DNA of 64,000 nucleotides from SAR202 cluster bacterium AC-409-J13_OGT_754m (GCA_009391235.1 VEXD01000003.1:17631-81630); one strand, 5' to 3'. Shown: positions 51,172 through 61,886, counted from the stretch's first letter. Notes: generated from the letters alone by a model not told the origin. A program made the numbers and translations.

Positions 51172-51360
51172 ATGGTCATCGGAAAAGAACGCACAAATTG
51201 GTACGGAGACCACACCCCAGCTTGCACGTGCCATAAATGTACAGCACATGCTTCATCAATGCGAAAATTTGAGGAATTGGCCCAAGGAAAGAAAATAGGC
51301 CGCAATGATTTGTGCCCTTGCGGTAGCCTTGCAAAATTCAAGCGATGCCACGGGCGTTAA
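51172..51360 (+). CDS. Small SEC-C motif protein
   Basis: GRNDLCPCGS..KFKRCHG plus N-terminal HxxxCxCxxC. Confidence 0.75.
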   Translation: MVIGKERTNWYGDHTPACTCHKCTAHASSMRKFEELAQGKKIGRNDLCPCGSLAKFKRCHGR

Positions 51361-51401
51361 GGATCATCCAGGAACTCACTACACAATTTTACTAGCTGCT
51401 A

Positions 51402-51475
51402 TGGCTGCCGAGCCTGGATTCGAACCAGGGTTACGTGATTCAGAGTCACGTGTGATACCACTACACCACTCGGCA
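51402..51475 (-). tRNA. tRNA-Gln (CTG)
   Basis: Cloverleaf TGCCGAG...CTCGGCA-G-CCA, anticodon arm CGTGA-CT CTG AA-TCACG, TTCGAAT T loop. Confidence 0.95.
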
Positions 51476-51532
51476 TTATTTAAATATCTTTTATAACTAT
51501 ATACTAAAAGGGGATATATAATCACGCCAAAG

Positions 51533-51541
51533 TGTTATAAT
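51533..51541 (+). promoter_or_regulatory. Extended -10 promoter for tRNA-Glu
   Basis: TGTTATAAT followed by a GC-rich discriminator, 14 nt upstream of the tRNA. Confidence 0.55.
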
Positions 51542-51555
51542 ATGCGCCAATTATG

Positions 51556-51632
51556 GGCGCATTCGTCTAGTGGCTTAGGACACCGCCCTCTCAAGGCGGA
51601 GATCACGGGTTCGAACCCCGTATGCGCCACCA
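51556..51632 (+). tRNA. tRNA-Glu (CTC)
   Basis: GGCGCAT...ATGCGCC-A-CCA, anticodon arm CCGCC-CT CTC AA-GGCGG, GGTTCGAACC. Confidence 0.95.
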
Positions 51633-51693
51633 ATAGGCAAGAAAGGGATAACTCGATGGTGTCCCGGCAAAATAACTTTATAGGCTTACAAAC

Positions 51694-53394
51694 ATGAGAC
51701 GAACCGGTGGGCAAATAGTGTGTGAGGCGTTACTGAGACAGGGAGTAGAAGTCGTGTTCGGCCTACCAGGCGGCGCTATACTGCCTTTATACCAAACACT
51801 TCCCGAATATCCTCAATTGCGTCATATCCTGGTTAGACACGAACAGGGAGCAGCTCATGCTGCAGATGGATATGCAAGAGCGACTGGGCGCCCAGGAGTC
51901 GCTTGGGCAACATCAGGGCCTGGAGCTACAAACTTGGTTACTGGTATAGCCACAGCCCATATGGATTCAATCCCTATTGTTATTATCACCGGCCAAGTAG
52001 GTAGAGATGCGATCGGTTCAGATGCTTTTCAGGAAACTGATATTACAGGAATAACCTTACCAATAACCAAACACAACTATTTGGTAATGAATGCCTCTGA
52101 ATTACCAAATGTTATAGCTGAGGCATTCCATATCGCCACCACTGGAAGACCTGGCCCCGTCTTAGTTGATATACCTAAGGATGTATTTCAAGAAGAAACA
52201 GAGGTAGCAGATACCCCCACAATTAATCTGATTGGTTATAAACCCACTATTAAAGGTAATGATAGGCAAATCAGACGAGCAGCGGAACTGATCCAAAAAG
52301 CTGAGCGTCCAATTATTCTAGCTGGTCACGGTGTAATCTTTTCAGAAGCATATGATGAATTAAGAACATTGGCGGAAAAGACACAGATGCCCGTCATAAC
52401 TACTCTTTTAGGGATAAGTTGCTTCCCAGAAGATCATGTTCTTAGCGTAGGAATGCCAGGCATGCACGGAATGGCATATGCTAGTTTAGCAATAGAGGAA
52501 TCGGACCTTTTGCTCGCCGTTGGAATGCGTTTTGACGACCGCATAATTGGAGATCCTGCCAGGTTCGCAACAAATTCTAAAAAGATACACATTGAAATAG
52601 ACCCATCAGAAATTGGTAAAAATATATCGGTTGATGTCCCTATAGTAGGAGATGCTAAACATATTCTAGCTGCACTTCTTAAACTTGCTCCGACTAAAAC
52701 ACATCCCGATTGGGTAAAACACATAACCGATCTAAAGAAAAGTCATCCCTCATTGGATATTCGGCCAACTGATAAATTGCTTCCTCAATTTATAATCAAG
52801 AAACTGTCAATGGCGACCAACGGGGAAGCTATCATCGTGACAGGTGTAGGACAACATCAGATGTGGGCTGCCCAATTTTACACATTCAAAAATCCCCGCA
52901 GTTTTATAACATCCGGTGGAGCAGGAAGCATGGGCTACGAGGTTCCTGGAGCCATGGGAGTTCAAGTAGGGCAACCTGATAAAACGGTTTGGTCTATTGC
53001 TGGTGATGGTGGTTTCCAAATGACCATGTGCGAAATAGCTACTATGGTTGAGAATAAAATACCCGTAAAGATTGCAATCATAAACAATAATTTTCTCGGA
53101 ATGGTACGTCAGTGGCAACAGTTTTTCTATGAGAAGAGCTACGTTGCTACCGAATATAGCCATAACCCAGACTTCGTAAAATTGGCAGAAGCCTTCGGAG
53201 TACTTGGTCTGAGAGTTACTAAACAGGACCAAGTCGAATCAGCAATCAAACAAGCTATGGAATATGATGGCCCGGTAATCATAGACTTCGTTGTTGAAGC
53301 TGAGGAAAATGTTTATCCAATGATCCCATCAGGCCAAACAGTCCATGATATGATTGAGGAGCCTAGACAAACCGAAAGCCAACCGATCTCATGA
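51694..53394 (+). CDS. ilvB: Acetolactate synthase large subunit
   Basis: FGLPGG, RHEQGA.HAADGYAR, TSGPGATN, GDGGFQM, LGMVRQWQ. Confidence 0.95.
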   Translation: MRRTGGQIVCEALLRQGVEVVFGLPGGAILPLYQTLPEYPQLRHILVRHEQGAAHAADGYARATGRPGVAWATSGPGATNLVTGIATAHMDSIPIVIITGQVGRDAIGSDAFQETDITGITLPITKHNYLVMNASELPNVIAEAFHIATTGRPGPVLVDIPKDVFQEETEVADTPTINLIGYKPTIKGNDRQIRRAAELIQKAERPIILAGHGVIFSEAYDELRTLAEKTQMPVITTLLGISCFPEDHVLSVGMPGMHGMAYASLAIEESDLLLAVGMRFDDRIIGDPARFATNSKKIHIEIDPSEIGKNISVDVPIVGDAKHILAALLKLAPTKTHPDWVKHITDLKKSHPSLDIRPTDKLLPQFIIKKLSMATNGEAIIVTGVGQHQMWAAQFYTFKNPRSFITSGGAGSMGYEVPGAMGVQVGQPDKTVWSIAGDGGFQMTMCEIATMVENKIPVKIAIINNNFLGMVRQWQQFFYEKSYVATEYSHNPDFVKLAEAFGVLGLRVTKQDQVESAIKQAMEYDGPVIIDFVVEAEENVYPMIPSGQTVHDMIEEPRQTESQPIS

Positions 53395-53885
53395 CAACCA
53401 ATATGGACCGCACAATCACAGCTTTAGTTCAGGATAAGCCAGGGGTCTTAAACAGAATCACGAGCATGTTTCGGCGACGGGGCTTCAACATTTCCAGCCT
53501 GGCTGTAGGTCAAAGCGAAAAGCCCAATCTTTCCCGTATGACTTTCGTTGTTCAAGGTAACAATGCTGTCGTCGAACAATTATTAAAAAACCTTGACAAA
53601 TTAATCGATGTTATAAAAGTTTCAGCGGCACCTAATGAAGACGTAGTATCCCGTGAATTGGCTTTGATACGTGTAAGTGCAACACCAGATACCAGAAAAG
53701 AAATCGTCCAAATTGCTGATATCTTTAGGGCCCATATCGTAGGAGTATCTCCAGATTCATTGATAATAGAGGTTGCGGGAGACGCCGATAAAATGACTTC
53801 GATGCAGGACTTGCTCAAAGGCTACGGATTGTTAGAGGTCATGAGAACAGGAACAATCGTTATGCACAGAGGCAAATCATCTTAA
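53391..53885 (+). CDS. ilvN: Acetolactate synthase small subunit
   Basis: PGVLNRI..MF.RRGFNI.SL, L.KLIDV.KV, RELALI. Confidence 0.94.
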   Translation: MTTNMDRTITALVQDKPGVLNRITSMFRRRGFNISSLAVGQSEKPNLSRMTFVVQGNNAVVEQLLKNLDKLIDVIKVSAAPNEDVVSRELALIRVSATPDTRKEIVQIADIFRAHIVGVSPDSLIIEVAGDADKMTSMQDLLKGYGLLEVMRTGTIVMHRGKSS

Positions 53886-53984
53886 GTTAAGATAGCGAAT
53901 GATGGTGCCTTTCTCTAACATAACACAAACAACCGGACTAGTATTTAAACCTATGTTTCAACTTGGTGGACAGGAGTGTTTCAA

Positions 53985-54977
53985 ATGGCAAAGATGTATT
54001 ACGAATCCGATGGAGACCTATCCCTACTAAGGGATAAAACAGTAGGGATCATCGGGTACGGCAGTCAAGGGCACGCTCATGCCCTAAACCTAAGGGACAA
54101 TGGAGTAAAAGTTTTAGTTGGCCTTTATAAGGGTAGTAAGAGTTGGAATAAGGCCGAGGAAAACGGTTTAACTGTTCAAACAGTTGCCGAAGTCGCAAAA
54201 CAATCAGACATCATAATGATGCTTATTCCAGACACATCTCAACCTACTGTCTATGAAGAATCGATTCGAGAACACCTCCATAATGGGAAAGTTCTAATGT
54301 TTGCCCATGGTTTTAATATTCACTTCAAAACCATTACTCCGCCTAGCAATATAGACGTTACAATGATTGCACCTAAAGCTCCTGGCCACAGGATGCGCGA
54401 GGTTTTCGTAAAAGGGTCCGGCGTGCCAGGCCTGTTAGCTATTCACAACGACAGCTCAGGCTACGCTAAAGAATTATCGTTGGCTTATGCGAAAGGCGTC
54501 GGATGCACACGAGCAGGTGTGCTAGATACCACTTTCCAAGAAGAAACCGAAACTGACCTGTTTGGAGAACAAGCAGTTCTTTGCGGAGGAGTAACATCTC
54601 TGGTAAAAGCTGCATTTGAAACTCTGGTTGAGGCCGGGTATCAGCCGGAATCAGCATATTTTGAGTGCCTTCACGAATTGAAACTTATTGTTGACCTAAT
54701 GTACGAAGGTGGAATGGAATACATGCGCTATTCCGTAAGCGATACGGCTGAATATGGAGATTACAGCCGAGGTCCGGTTATCATAGACGAGAATGTAAAA
54801 AGAAACATGAAAAAGGTGCTCACCGCAATTCAAGACGGTAGCTTTGCCAAAGAATGGATTACAGAAAACGACGAAGGTCGTGTTACTTTCAATAGAATGC
54901 GTAACGATGATTTAAACCATCCAATTGAGAAGGTGGGACGTACTCTACGTGGGATGATGACGTTTTTAACGGAATAA
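53985..54977 (+). CDS. ilvC: Ketol-acid reductoisomerase
   Basis: [39 protein letters not shown]. Confidence 0.96.
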   Translation: MAKMYYESDGDLSLLRDKTVGIIGYGSQGHAHALNLRDNGVKVLVGLYKGSKSWNKAEENGLTVQTVAEVAKQSDIIMMLIPDTSQPTVYEESIREHLHNGKVLMFAHGFNIHFKTITPPSNIDVTMIAPKAPGHRMREVFVKGSGVPGLLAIHNDSSGYAKELSLAYAKGVGCTRAGVLDTTFQEETETDLFGEQAVLCGGVTSLVKAAFETLVEAGYQPESAYFECLHELKLIVDLMYEGGMEYMRYSVSDTAEYGDYSRGPVIIDENVKRNMKKVLTAIQDGSFAKEWITENDEGRVTFNRMRNDDLNHPIEKVGRTLRGMMTFLTE

Positions 54978-55039
54978 AACTCAGATGTAGCTAGAATATA
55001 TCAAAGAATGGAATAGATAGGGGATAATTTTGTTACTCA

Positions 55040-56173
55040 TCAAGACCCAATTACTTCCTCCATGGCGCGTAATATGTTTCCCCCAAGTATTCCCGCTATA
55101 ACATCATTGGAATGCCCACGTTGCATTAATTCTTCGGTTATCAAAGGCAACTTCGTGCAATCTTCAAGTCCAGACGGAAGGTAAACGCTGCCGTCAAAAG
55201 TAGAGCCTATTCCCACGTGATCACTTCCCACCATGCCAATAATATATTCTATGTGATCAACAATTAGCTGATGACTTGGTATAAAAGACGGATCATTAGA
55301 CAATTGGCCAGTCCTAGTCTCAAGTTGTTCTAATGCACCCTCCATAGCCTCATGGTCATCACTATATATTTGTGCTATTTCATCTAATTCCCCAAATTCA
55401 TCTTGTTTCAAGAGAGCAACATGCTGGCGGAATTTTTCGGAAATAAGGTCAGATGCAAAATTCACGCATATTACACCCCCAGAGCTACCAATCGCCTTAA
55501 TCTGATCATCTTTAAGATTCCTCGGGTGTTTACATATATTCCATACTGCCGAATGAGAAGCTATCACAGGCTTATTATTAACTGTCATAACATCCCAAAA
55601 TGCCTCTTCGGAAAGATGTGAAACATCAACCAACATCCCCATACTATTCATTTCTTGAATCACGTTCTTGCCGAACAGAGTTAGTCCACCATTTATGGGA
55701 TCGTCCATGATCCCGTCAACCAAGTTGTTAGAATTGTCCCATGCCAGAGTCATTGCCCTAACACCCAAATCAAAATACTGCCGTAGAACAGCTAAATCAT
55801 CCTGAATACAATGCCCACCCTCCAGTTTGATAACAGCGGCCACTCTGCCACTTCCAACCACATCTCTTATATGGCTAGCAGACAAGGCTAACTCAATCAT
55901 TTCAGGATTACGTAGGCAAAGTGCCTTAACAGCGTCGATCATACCCATCGTTCTTCGAATAACCCTATGCTCATTAATATATTTTGGGTGAATAAGACAA
56001 GAGAAGAATTGGCAATTCAAACTACCCATCTTCATTCTTGGAAGATCTAAATGACCATAAGACGTTTCTATGGACAAGTCTTGCTGGTGATCCATAGTCC
56101 TGGTAATGCTATCACAATGGGCGTCTACCACTATCGACGAAGCATGTAACTTGTTTGCCCGATCACTAATCAT
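55040..56173 (-). CDS. Membrane dipeptidase (peptidase M19) family protein
   Basis: DAHCD, LEGG, GLT.FG, DVSH, ASH, PRNL; GSTFDG variant. Confidence 0.88.
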   Translation of the reverse strand: MISDRANKLHASSIVVDAHCDSITRTMDHQQDLSIETSYGHLDLPRMKMGSLNCQFFSCLIHPKYINEHRVIRRTMGMIDAVKALCLRNPEMIELALSASHIRDVVGSGRVAAVIKLEGGHCIQDDLAVLRQYFDLGVRAMTLAWDNSNNLVDGIMDDPINGGLTLFGKNVIQEMNSMGMLVDVSHLSEEAFWDVMTVNNKPVIASHSAVWNICKHPRNLKDDQIKAIGSSGGVICVNFASDLISEKFRQHVALLKQDEFGELDEIAQIYSDDHEAMEGALEQLETRTGQLSNDPSFIPSHQLIVDHIEYIIGMVGSDHVGIGSTFDGSVYLPSGLEDCTKLPLITEELMQRGHSNDVIAGILGGNILRAMEEVIGS

Positions 56174-56405
56174 AGGTTCAACTCCCTTACACCAATTAAA
56201 TCAAACATAACCAATCGAAAGAATTATTCAAAACTTTACCATATCTTATCATCGAATTTAATATCTCCTACACGGGTGATATAGAAAACCTCTCTTCAAT
56301 AACACATTATTAGTCCCAACCTTCATTTTGAACATTAGTGGCTCTTAAAGTAACCATTTTTATTATCACATTCTATAATTTATATCATAATCGATTGCTT
56401 AGGAC

Positions 56406-56434
56406 TTGCAGGGTTCGAAAGATGATATTATTAT
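56406..56434 (+). promoter_or_regulatory. Putative sigma70 promoter
   Basis: TTGCAG, 17 nt, TATTAT upstream of the aminotransferase, which has an AAGGAG RBS. Confidence 0.45.
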
Positions 56435-56485
56435 GCCATTAGCTATTCACTAAACTAACTAATAAAATTCTAAGGAGAAGGCTCA

Positions 56486-57814
56486 ATGGTCAAGTCAAAG
56501 GAAACACTAGAACGCTTATACACAGAGGCAAATCCTAAATCAAAGACCCAATTCGCTGACAGTCAAGGTGTCATGCCATCTGGCGTAGCCAAAAGTACAT
56601 CCGCCTGGAACCCCTTCCCTATTTATATAGATAGGGCACAAGATTGTTACATGTGGGACATTGACGGTCATCGATATCTAGATTTCAATAATAGTTCTAC
56701 TGCATTAATATTAGGACACAGCCCTAAAACTGTAGTAGAAGAAATGTCAAAGCTCGTTAATAACGGAATTGTATTTGGACCACCTAGTGTATATGAGAAA
56801 TTGGCATCGGAGGAAATAGTAAAACGAGTTCCATCAGTCAAATCAGTGCGATGGGCGAACTCAGGAACCGAAGCAGTAATGAATACACTCCGTCTGGCCA
56901 GGGCATTTACTGGAAAGTTTAAGATAGCTAAATTTGAAGGAGCATTTCACGGAACTAGTGATGATGCACAAGTAAGCCACGCTCCTTCTATGGATAAAGC
57001 CGGCCCACGAGAAGCACCTAACCCGGTTTCCGACCAACGTGGAGCAGGCCGACGAGTAGCAGAGGACATTGTTGTCCTCCCGTACAATGATAGAGAGTCA
57101 GTAGAGCTAATCTTACAGGAACATAAGGACGACCTTGCCGGTTTAATTTACGAGCCTAAAGCAGGCGGTTACGACATTCCTTTCGACTTTGTTCAGTTTG
57201 TAGAAAAAACATGTAACGATTTAGGAATCCTTTTCATCATGGATGAAGTAAAGCACTTCAGGGTTTCTTATGGTGGCTACCAAGAACTCGCTGGAGTAAG
57301 TCCAGACTTGTCAGTTTTTGGAAAACTAGTCGGAGGTGGACTCCCAGTTGGTGCCTTTGGTGGCAGACAAGACATAATGGATTTGCTAGACGGCACAAAG
57401 GGTAAATCAGGAATTAGTTCCAGTGGCACATATTCCGGCCATGCATTAACCCTTGCTGCTGGTTGGGCAACAATGAAAGCCGCCACTCCAGAAGTTTATG
57501 AATATATGAAGAAATTAAATGACCGCCTAACATCCGGTGTGGGAGACGTTTTTACTAGAGCTCAAATTCCTTGTTCTATTGTTTCCCATAACAACATCAT
57601 GACCGCTCACCTTACTGATACGCCTGTACGAGACTACAGATCTGCATCATCTAAAACTACCGGAGACTTGAACAACAGGCTTAGTCTCGCATTAATGATG
57701 GAAGGATATCTCGCAAGAGGTCTTTCAGAGTTGACCATATCAGAACCGATGACTGAAACCATCATAGACGACTTCATTACTACTTTGGAGAGGGTTATAT
57801 ATGAAGAAGATTAG
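56486..57814 (+). CDS. Class III PLP aminotransferase (HemL/GSAM-like paralog)
   Basis: WDIDG..YLD, NSGTEA, FEGAFHG, DEV, FGK.VGGGLPVGAFGG. Confidence 0.88.
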   Translation: MVKSKETLERLYTEANPKSKTQFADSQGVMPSGVAKSTSAWNPFPIYIDRAQDCYMWDIDGHRYLDFNNSSTALILGHSPKTVVEEMSKLVNNGIVFGPPSVYEKLASEEIVKRVPSVKSVRWANSGTEAVMNTLRLARAFTGKFKIAKFEGAFHGTSDDAQVSHAPSMDKAGPREAPNPVSDQRGAGRRVAEDIVVLPYNDRESVELILQEHKDDLAGLIYEPKAGGYDIPFDFVQFVEKTCNDLGILFIMDEVKHFRVSYGGYQELAGVSPDLSVFGKLVGGGLPVGAFGGRQDIMDLLDGTKGKSGISSSGTYSGHALTLAAGWATMKAATPEVYEYMKKLNDRLTSGVGDVFTRAQIPCSIVSHNNIMTAHLTDTPVRDYRSASSKTTGDLNNRLSLALMMEGYLARGLSELTISEPMTETIIDDFITTLERVIYEED

Positions 57815-57964
57815 TGGATGCCACTAACACTATCGAACGGGCTTTCTTCTGTTAGATATTTAACTAATAGGCCCAAACATAGATAACTCGAGAAGGTCTA
57901 AAGGGAATCTTTACCTGATGGCTACTCTCATCTATATTAGCTTGCCAGTAAGGATGGTCTAAGT

Positions 57965-58306
57965 ATGATTTCTATTTTTGTGACAGTAAGAATCAAACCA
58001 GGTTTCAGAGATCAATTTATTGCGGCAGTTTTGGATGATGCTCAAGGATCAGTTCGAGACGAATCTAACTGTTACAGGTTTGATGTGCTACAGGATCTAA
58101 ATGATCCAAATAAGCTTTATTTTTATGAAGTCTATAAAGATGATGATGCCCTAGACCTCCATAGACAGGCTCCACATTTCATTAAATGGAGAAATGCGGT
58201 AAAGGACTGGCTGGACGGAGAACCGGAAAGAATACAATCGACAACCATATTTCCAACTAATCAAGGTTGGGAATTACAAAAACCCCATCTCGTATACTGG
58301 TCTTAA
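57965..58306 (+). CDS. ABM-domain protein (LsrG / putative quinol monooxygenase-like)
   Basis: IKPG, E..C.RFDV, FYEVY.D..A...H...PHF..W. Confidence 0.82.
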   Translation: MISIFVTVRIKPGFRDQFIAAVLDDAQGSVRDESNCYRFDVLQDLNDPNKLYFYEVYKDDDALDLHRQAPHFIKWRNAVKDWLDGEPERIQSTTIFPTNQGWELQKPHLVYWS

Positions 58307-58332
58307 AACCGTCTTTACGATAAGGAGTATGC

Positions 58333-59523
58333 ATGAATGGCCCCCAACACGCTCTGAAAGGCATTAGAGTATTAGACCTAGGTAGATATCAAGCCGGGCC
58401 AAGAGCAGCATTGATATTGTCCCGCATGGGCGCTGAAGTAATAAAAATAGAAAAACCAGGTGGTGATGAAAGTAGAGATCATGGTCCTTTTGTAAGAGGA
58501 CAAAGCGCCTATTGGGTCCAATACAACAGCGGCAAATTAAGTCTTGGATTGAATCTCAGGACGGAAGCAGGCAAAGCGGTTTTATCAGATCTCGTCAAAG
58601 TATCCGACATATTTATCCAAAATTTCAGGCCGGGAACCATAGGCCAAATGGGTTTTTCATATGAACGACTACGTGAATTAAATCGCCGCATCATCATGGT
58701 CAATGTTTCCGCATTTGGCCAAAATGGGCCATACAGCGATCGGATAGGATTTGATCCAATAGGTCAAGCGATTAGTGGCATGATGTTGCTTTCTGGGTCC
58801 CCTGGAGATCCTCCTACTAGAACATATAATCCAATAATAGATAGGATAACTGCTCTGCATGCAACTATTGGAGCTTTATCAGCACTTCATGAACGAGAAT
58901 CATCTGGTGAAGGGCAAACAATAGACGTCTGTTTAGCGGATTCTGGATATAGCATGACTGAAATTCAATGCAGTGCATATTTGGGGGAAGAAATTAATAC
59001 TGAACGAGAAGGGAACGGCAGAGGGACCACCAATGTCTACCAAACTAATGATGGATGGATTCTATTATCAGCTCAAAGTGATCATATATGGCCGAGGTTC
59101 TGTAATGTTATTGGTAAACCCGAATGGTCTGATAATGACATGTTCATTAACAGAGCAGCTAGAGATAAAAACTACTTGGCTATAGAACAATTTCTTACCG
59201 AATGGTTTAAAGTTCAAACAACTCAAACCGTTGTAGAATCTATATCCCAACTCGGAATTCCTATCCATTCTGTGAATGACATACCCACTGCAGCAGTTGA
59301 TTCACATCTCCATGACAGGAAACTCTTGGTCGAGGTTCCAGATCCAGTGGCAGGCAAAATCCATGTTTCAGGAGATATCATTAAGTTAGGCCGCAGCGGC
59401 TCCAAAATTGGCCCTACTCCAACCCCAGGAGAGCACACAGAACAAATCCTTGGCAACATTCTAGGGTATGACCAAATGAAATTACGCTCTCTATCAGAGG
59501 AAGGAGCTATCTACTTTTCCTAG
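58333..59523 (+). CDS. Family III CoA-transferase (CaiB/BaiF)
   Basis: L.GIRVLDL..YQAGP, GAEVIKIE.PGGD, NFRPG, SAFGQ.GP, GEHTE. Confidence 0.92.
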   Translation: MNGPQHALKGIRVLDLGRYQAGPRAALILSRMGAEVIKIEKPGGDESRDHGPFVRGQSAYWVQYNSGKLSLGLNLRTEAGKAVLSDLVKVSDIFIQNFRPGTIGQMGFSYERLRELNRRIIMVNVSAFGQNGPYSDRIGFDPIGQAISGMMLLSGSPGDPPTRTYNPIIDRITALHATIGALSALHERESSGEGQTIDVCLADSGYSMTEIQCSAYLGEEINTEREGNGRGTTNVYQTNDGWILLSAQSDHIWPRFCNVIGKPEWSDNDMFINRAARDKNYLAIEQFLTEWFKVQTTQTVVESISQLGIPIHSVNDIPTAAVDSHLHDRKLLVEVPDPVAGKIHVSGDIIKLGRSGSKIGPTPTPGEHTEQILGNILGYDQMKLRSLSEEGAIYFS

Positions 59524-59529
59524 TGAAAC

Positions 59530-60741
59530 TTAAAGCCCAAAGTTTTGCTTGGCTAGCGAAGCTATATGAGCACCAATAGCAAGAGAAGCAGTGGCACCTG
59601 GAGAAGGGGCATTCACTACATGGATAGCATTCTCCTGTTCGCGTATAACAAAATCATCTAGTAACTGTCCTCTATTATCAACTGCCTGTGCCCGAAGACC
59701 CGAACCACCTGCCAATAAATCATCTGACGAGATTACAGGTAGCAGTCTCTGCAGATCTCTGACAAAAACATTTTTCAATAGAGCCCGACGAAGTTCTACC
59801 AAACCAAGTTTCCAAGTTTTGCCGAACATAGGCAAAAACCCACTAAAAGTCACCATTTCCATTGCATCTTTTACGCTGAAAGACATCTTGCTATATCCTT
59901 CACGGGCCCACGACAATACAGCATTGGGACCAGCCTCAACACCACCATCTATACCACGAGTGAAATGGACACCCAAAAAAGGATACTTCGGATTAGGAAC
60001 AGGATAAATGAGGCCCTTCACTAAGTTTCTTTTATCCGGTTTCAGCACATAATAGTCCCCTCTAAACGGAAAAATGCGCACGTCTTGATCAGTTTGCATC
60101 ATCTTGCTAATAACATCAGCATATAAGCCGGCACAATTAATGAGAAATTTAGTTTTAATATCATCTTGGTTGGTTTCAATCACTAATTCATCTGAATATG
60201 AACTGATCTTGCAAACCCGTGTGTCTGTTAGAATCGAGCCTCCAGCTGTTTCAAAATCTTTCGCGTATGACGAAGCAACAAGAGGAAAGTCAACTACAGC
60301 GGTGTTAGGTAAATGCAAAGCTTCAATTCCTCTAGCATTAGGCTCGATTTCCTTTAATCTTTCTGGTCCGATCATCTGGATGTCTGGCACTCCATTTTCC
60401 TTACCGCGACTATACAAAGTATGCAACGCTTCAAGTTCTGAAACCTCAGTCGCCACTACCACCTTCCCGCACTCATAATAATTAATGCCGTTCTTCAAGC
60501 AGTAATCTTTAAGAAGTTTGACTCCATAAGTGCAAAAGCGAGCTTTTTGAGTTCCGGGTCTATAATATACGCCGGAATGAATAACACCACTATTGTGACC
60601 GGTTTGATGCAAACCTATAGATTGTTCCTTTTCTAACAAAACTATTTTCATGCCTGGATTAATCTCGGATATCTGCTTAGCAACAGATAATCCTATAATT
60701 CCTCCGCCCACTATTGTTACGTCATACACTAATGATTTCAC
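59530..60741 (-). CDS. lhgO: L-2-hydroxyglutarate oxidase
   Basis: GGGIIG, HQTGHNSGVIHSG.YY, FRGDY, YPVP, PFLGVHFT, NAPSPGATASL. Confidence 0.88.
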   Translation of the reverse strand: MKSLVYDVTIVGGGIIGLSVAKQISEINPGMKIVLLEKEQSIGLHQTGHNSGVIHSGVYYRPGTQKARFCTYGVKLLKDYCLKNGINYYECGKVVVATEVSELEALHTLYSRGKENGVPDIQMIGPERLKEIEPNARGIEALHLPNTAVVDFPLVASSYAKDFETAGGSILTDTRVCKISSYSDELVIETNQDDIKTKFLINCAGLYADVISKMMQTDQDVRIFPFRGDYYVLKPDKRNLVKGLIYPVPNPKYPFLGVHFTRGIDGGVEAGPNAVLSWAREGYSKMSFSVKDAMEMVTFSGFLPMFGKTWKLGLVELRRALLKNVFVRDLQRLLPVISSDDLLAGGSGLRAQAVDNRGQLLDDFVIREQENAIHVVNAPSPGATASLAIGAHIASLAKQNFGL

Positions 60742-60745
60742 AACA

Positions 60746-61846
60746 TCACTTGAGTTTCATAGGAATATTTAATTTTTTACAGGTATCCTCAAGCCAACTT
60801 ATTACATCTCTATGTATGGGGATACCATTGTTTTTTCTATATTCATACGTCTCCCATTCTATTTGCCCAGGGACCAACACCCTATCTTGCCCGGGCATAG
60901 GTGGAGTGTTCTTTAAAGAAAGCATGAACTCATCTAGAGTAGATTTGAATATATCCAGGTCCGTAAACGCGTCTATCTTATATGCAGCAACCATATGATA
61001 ATAATTAGGACGGCCCGGAAAAGAATCGAACCCGCCACCAGAAAGAATGCCTGTTAGAATACTGACCATACACGCTAATCCATATCCTTTATGCGAACCC
61101 ATCTCTCTGGTAGTGCCCAAGGGCAAAAGAGATGGGCCAATATAATCACTAGGATCAATTGACTCCATGATTGGTGAACCATAAATATCCGCTACTAACC
61201 CTGGTCCTATTTTCTTTCCAGCCCGCTTCCATATGTCTATCTTGTTACTGGCAATGACACTGGTCGCCGCATCATAAACGAACGGTTTTTCTTGATTAGT
61301 TGGAGCGGCCAACGCTATTGGATTTGTGCCTAATCTAGGGATTGCACCATAAGTTGGCAGCACTGAAGGACCCGCAGATGTCATCGCCAAACCGATCATA
61401 TCTTTTTCGAGGGCCATCATCGCATAATAGGACGCCATTCCCATATGCCGCGTGTTATGCATAGTGACCATACCTACTCCTTGGTTTTCCGCTTTCGATA
61501 TAGCGATTTCCATAGCTTTAGGAGCAACTATGATTCCTAATCCCTTGTCACAGTCTAAGTTAGCTGAGGCGGCTGTTTCTCTGACAGTTTTGATTACAGG
61601 ATCCGGGTTGGTAATTCCATCTATGTAATCTTCTACATAACTACTAAATTGCCCAGACACGCCGTGACTTTCCACACCTCTAAGATCAGTAGTAACCAAT
61701 ACATCAGCTGCAGTATGCGCATCAACAATTGGAACGCCCAATTTTGTGAATATCTGCTCAACTAATGTTCGTAATTCAGATTCCCCTACTAGTATTTTGT
61801 TTTCGTCCACTTCACCTAGATTTTCAATCACAAACGATTCACCCAT
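60746..61846 (-). CDS. Ldh2 (malate/L-lactate/L-sulfolactate dehydrogenase type 2) family oxidoreductase
   Basis: DLRGVESHG, H.GM, LGTNPIA, GSHKGYGLA, VLVPG. Confidence 0.9.
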   Translation of the reverse strand: MGESFVIENLGEVDENKILVGESELRTLVEQIFTKLGVPIVDAHTAADVLVTTDLRGVESHGVSGQFSSYVEDYIDGITNPDPVIKTVRETAASANLDCDKGLGIIVAPKAMEIAISKAENQGVGMVTMHNTRHMGMASYYAMMALEKDMIGLAMTSAGPSVLPTYGAIPRLGTNPIALAAPTNQEKPFVYDAATSVIASNKIDIWKRAGKKIGPGLVADIYGSPIMESIDPSDYIGPSLLPLGTTREMGSHKGYGLACMVSILTGILSGGGFDSFPGRPNYYHMVAAYKIDAFTDLDIFKSTLDEFMLSLKNTPPMPGQDRVLVPGQIEWETYEYRKNNGIPIHRDVISWLEDTCKKLNIPMKLK

Positions 61847-61886
61847 ATGATTAGTTGGACATTGCGTTCATTATTTAAATGGCAAC

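Noticed and set aside
51305..51496. 63-aa ORF in the track
   Set aside because: Antisense to tRNA-Gln; spurious
51541..51562. TATGCGCCA upstream duplicates the tRNA-Glu 3' end and could pair with its 5' end (att site or regulatory hairpin)
   Set aside because: Only 9 nt, lies in the promoter discriminator and is probably mostly untranscribed; no integrase nearby
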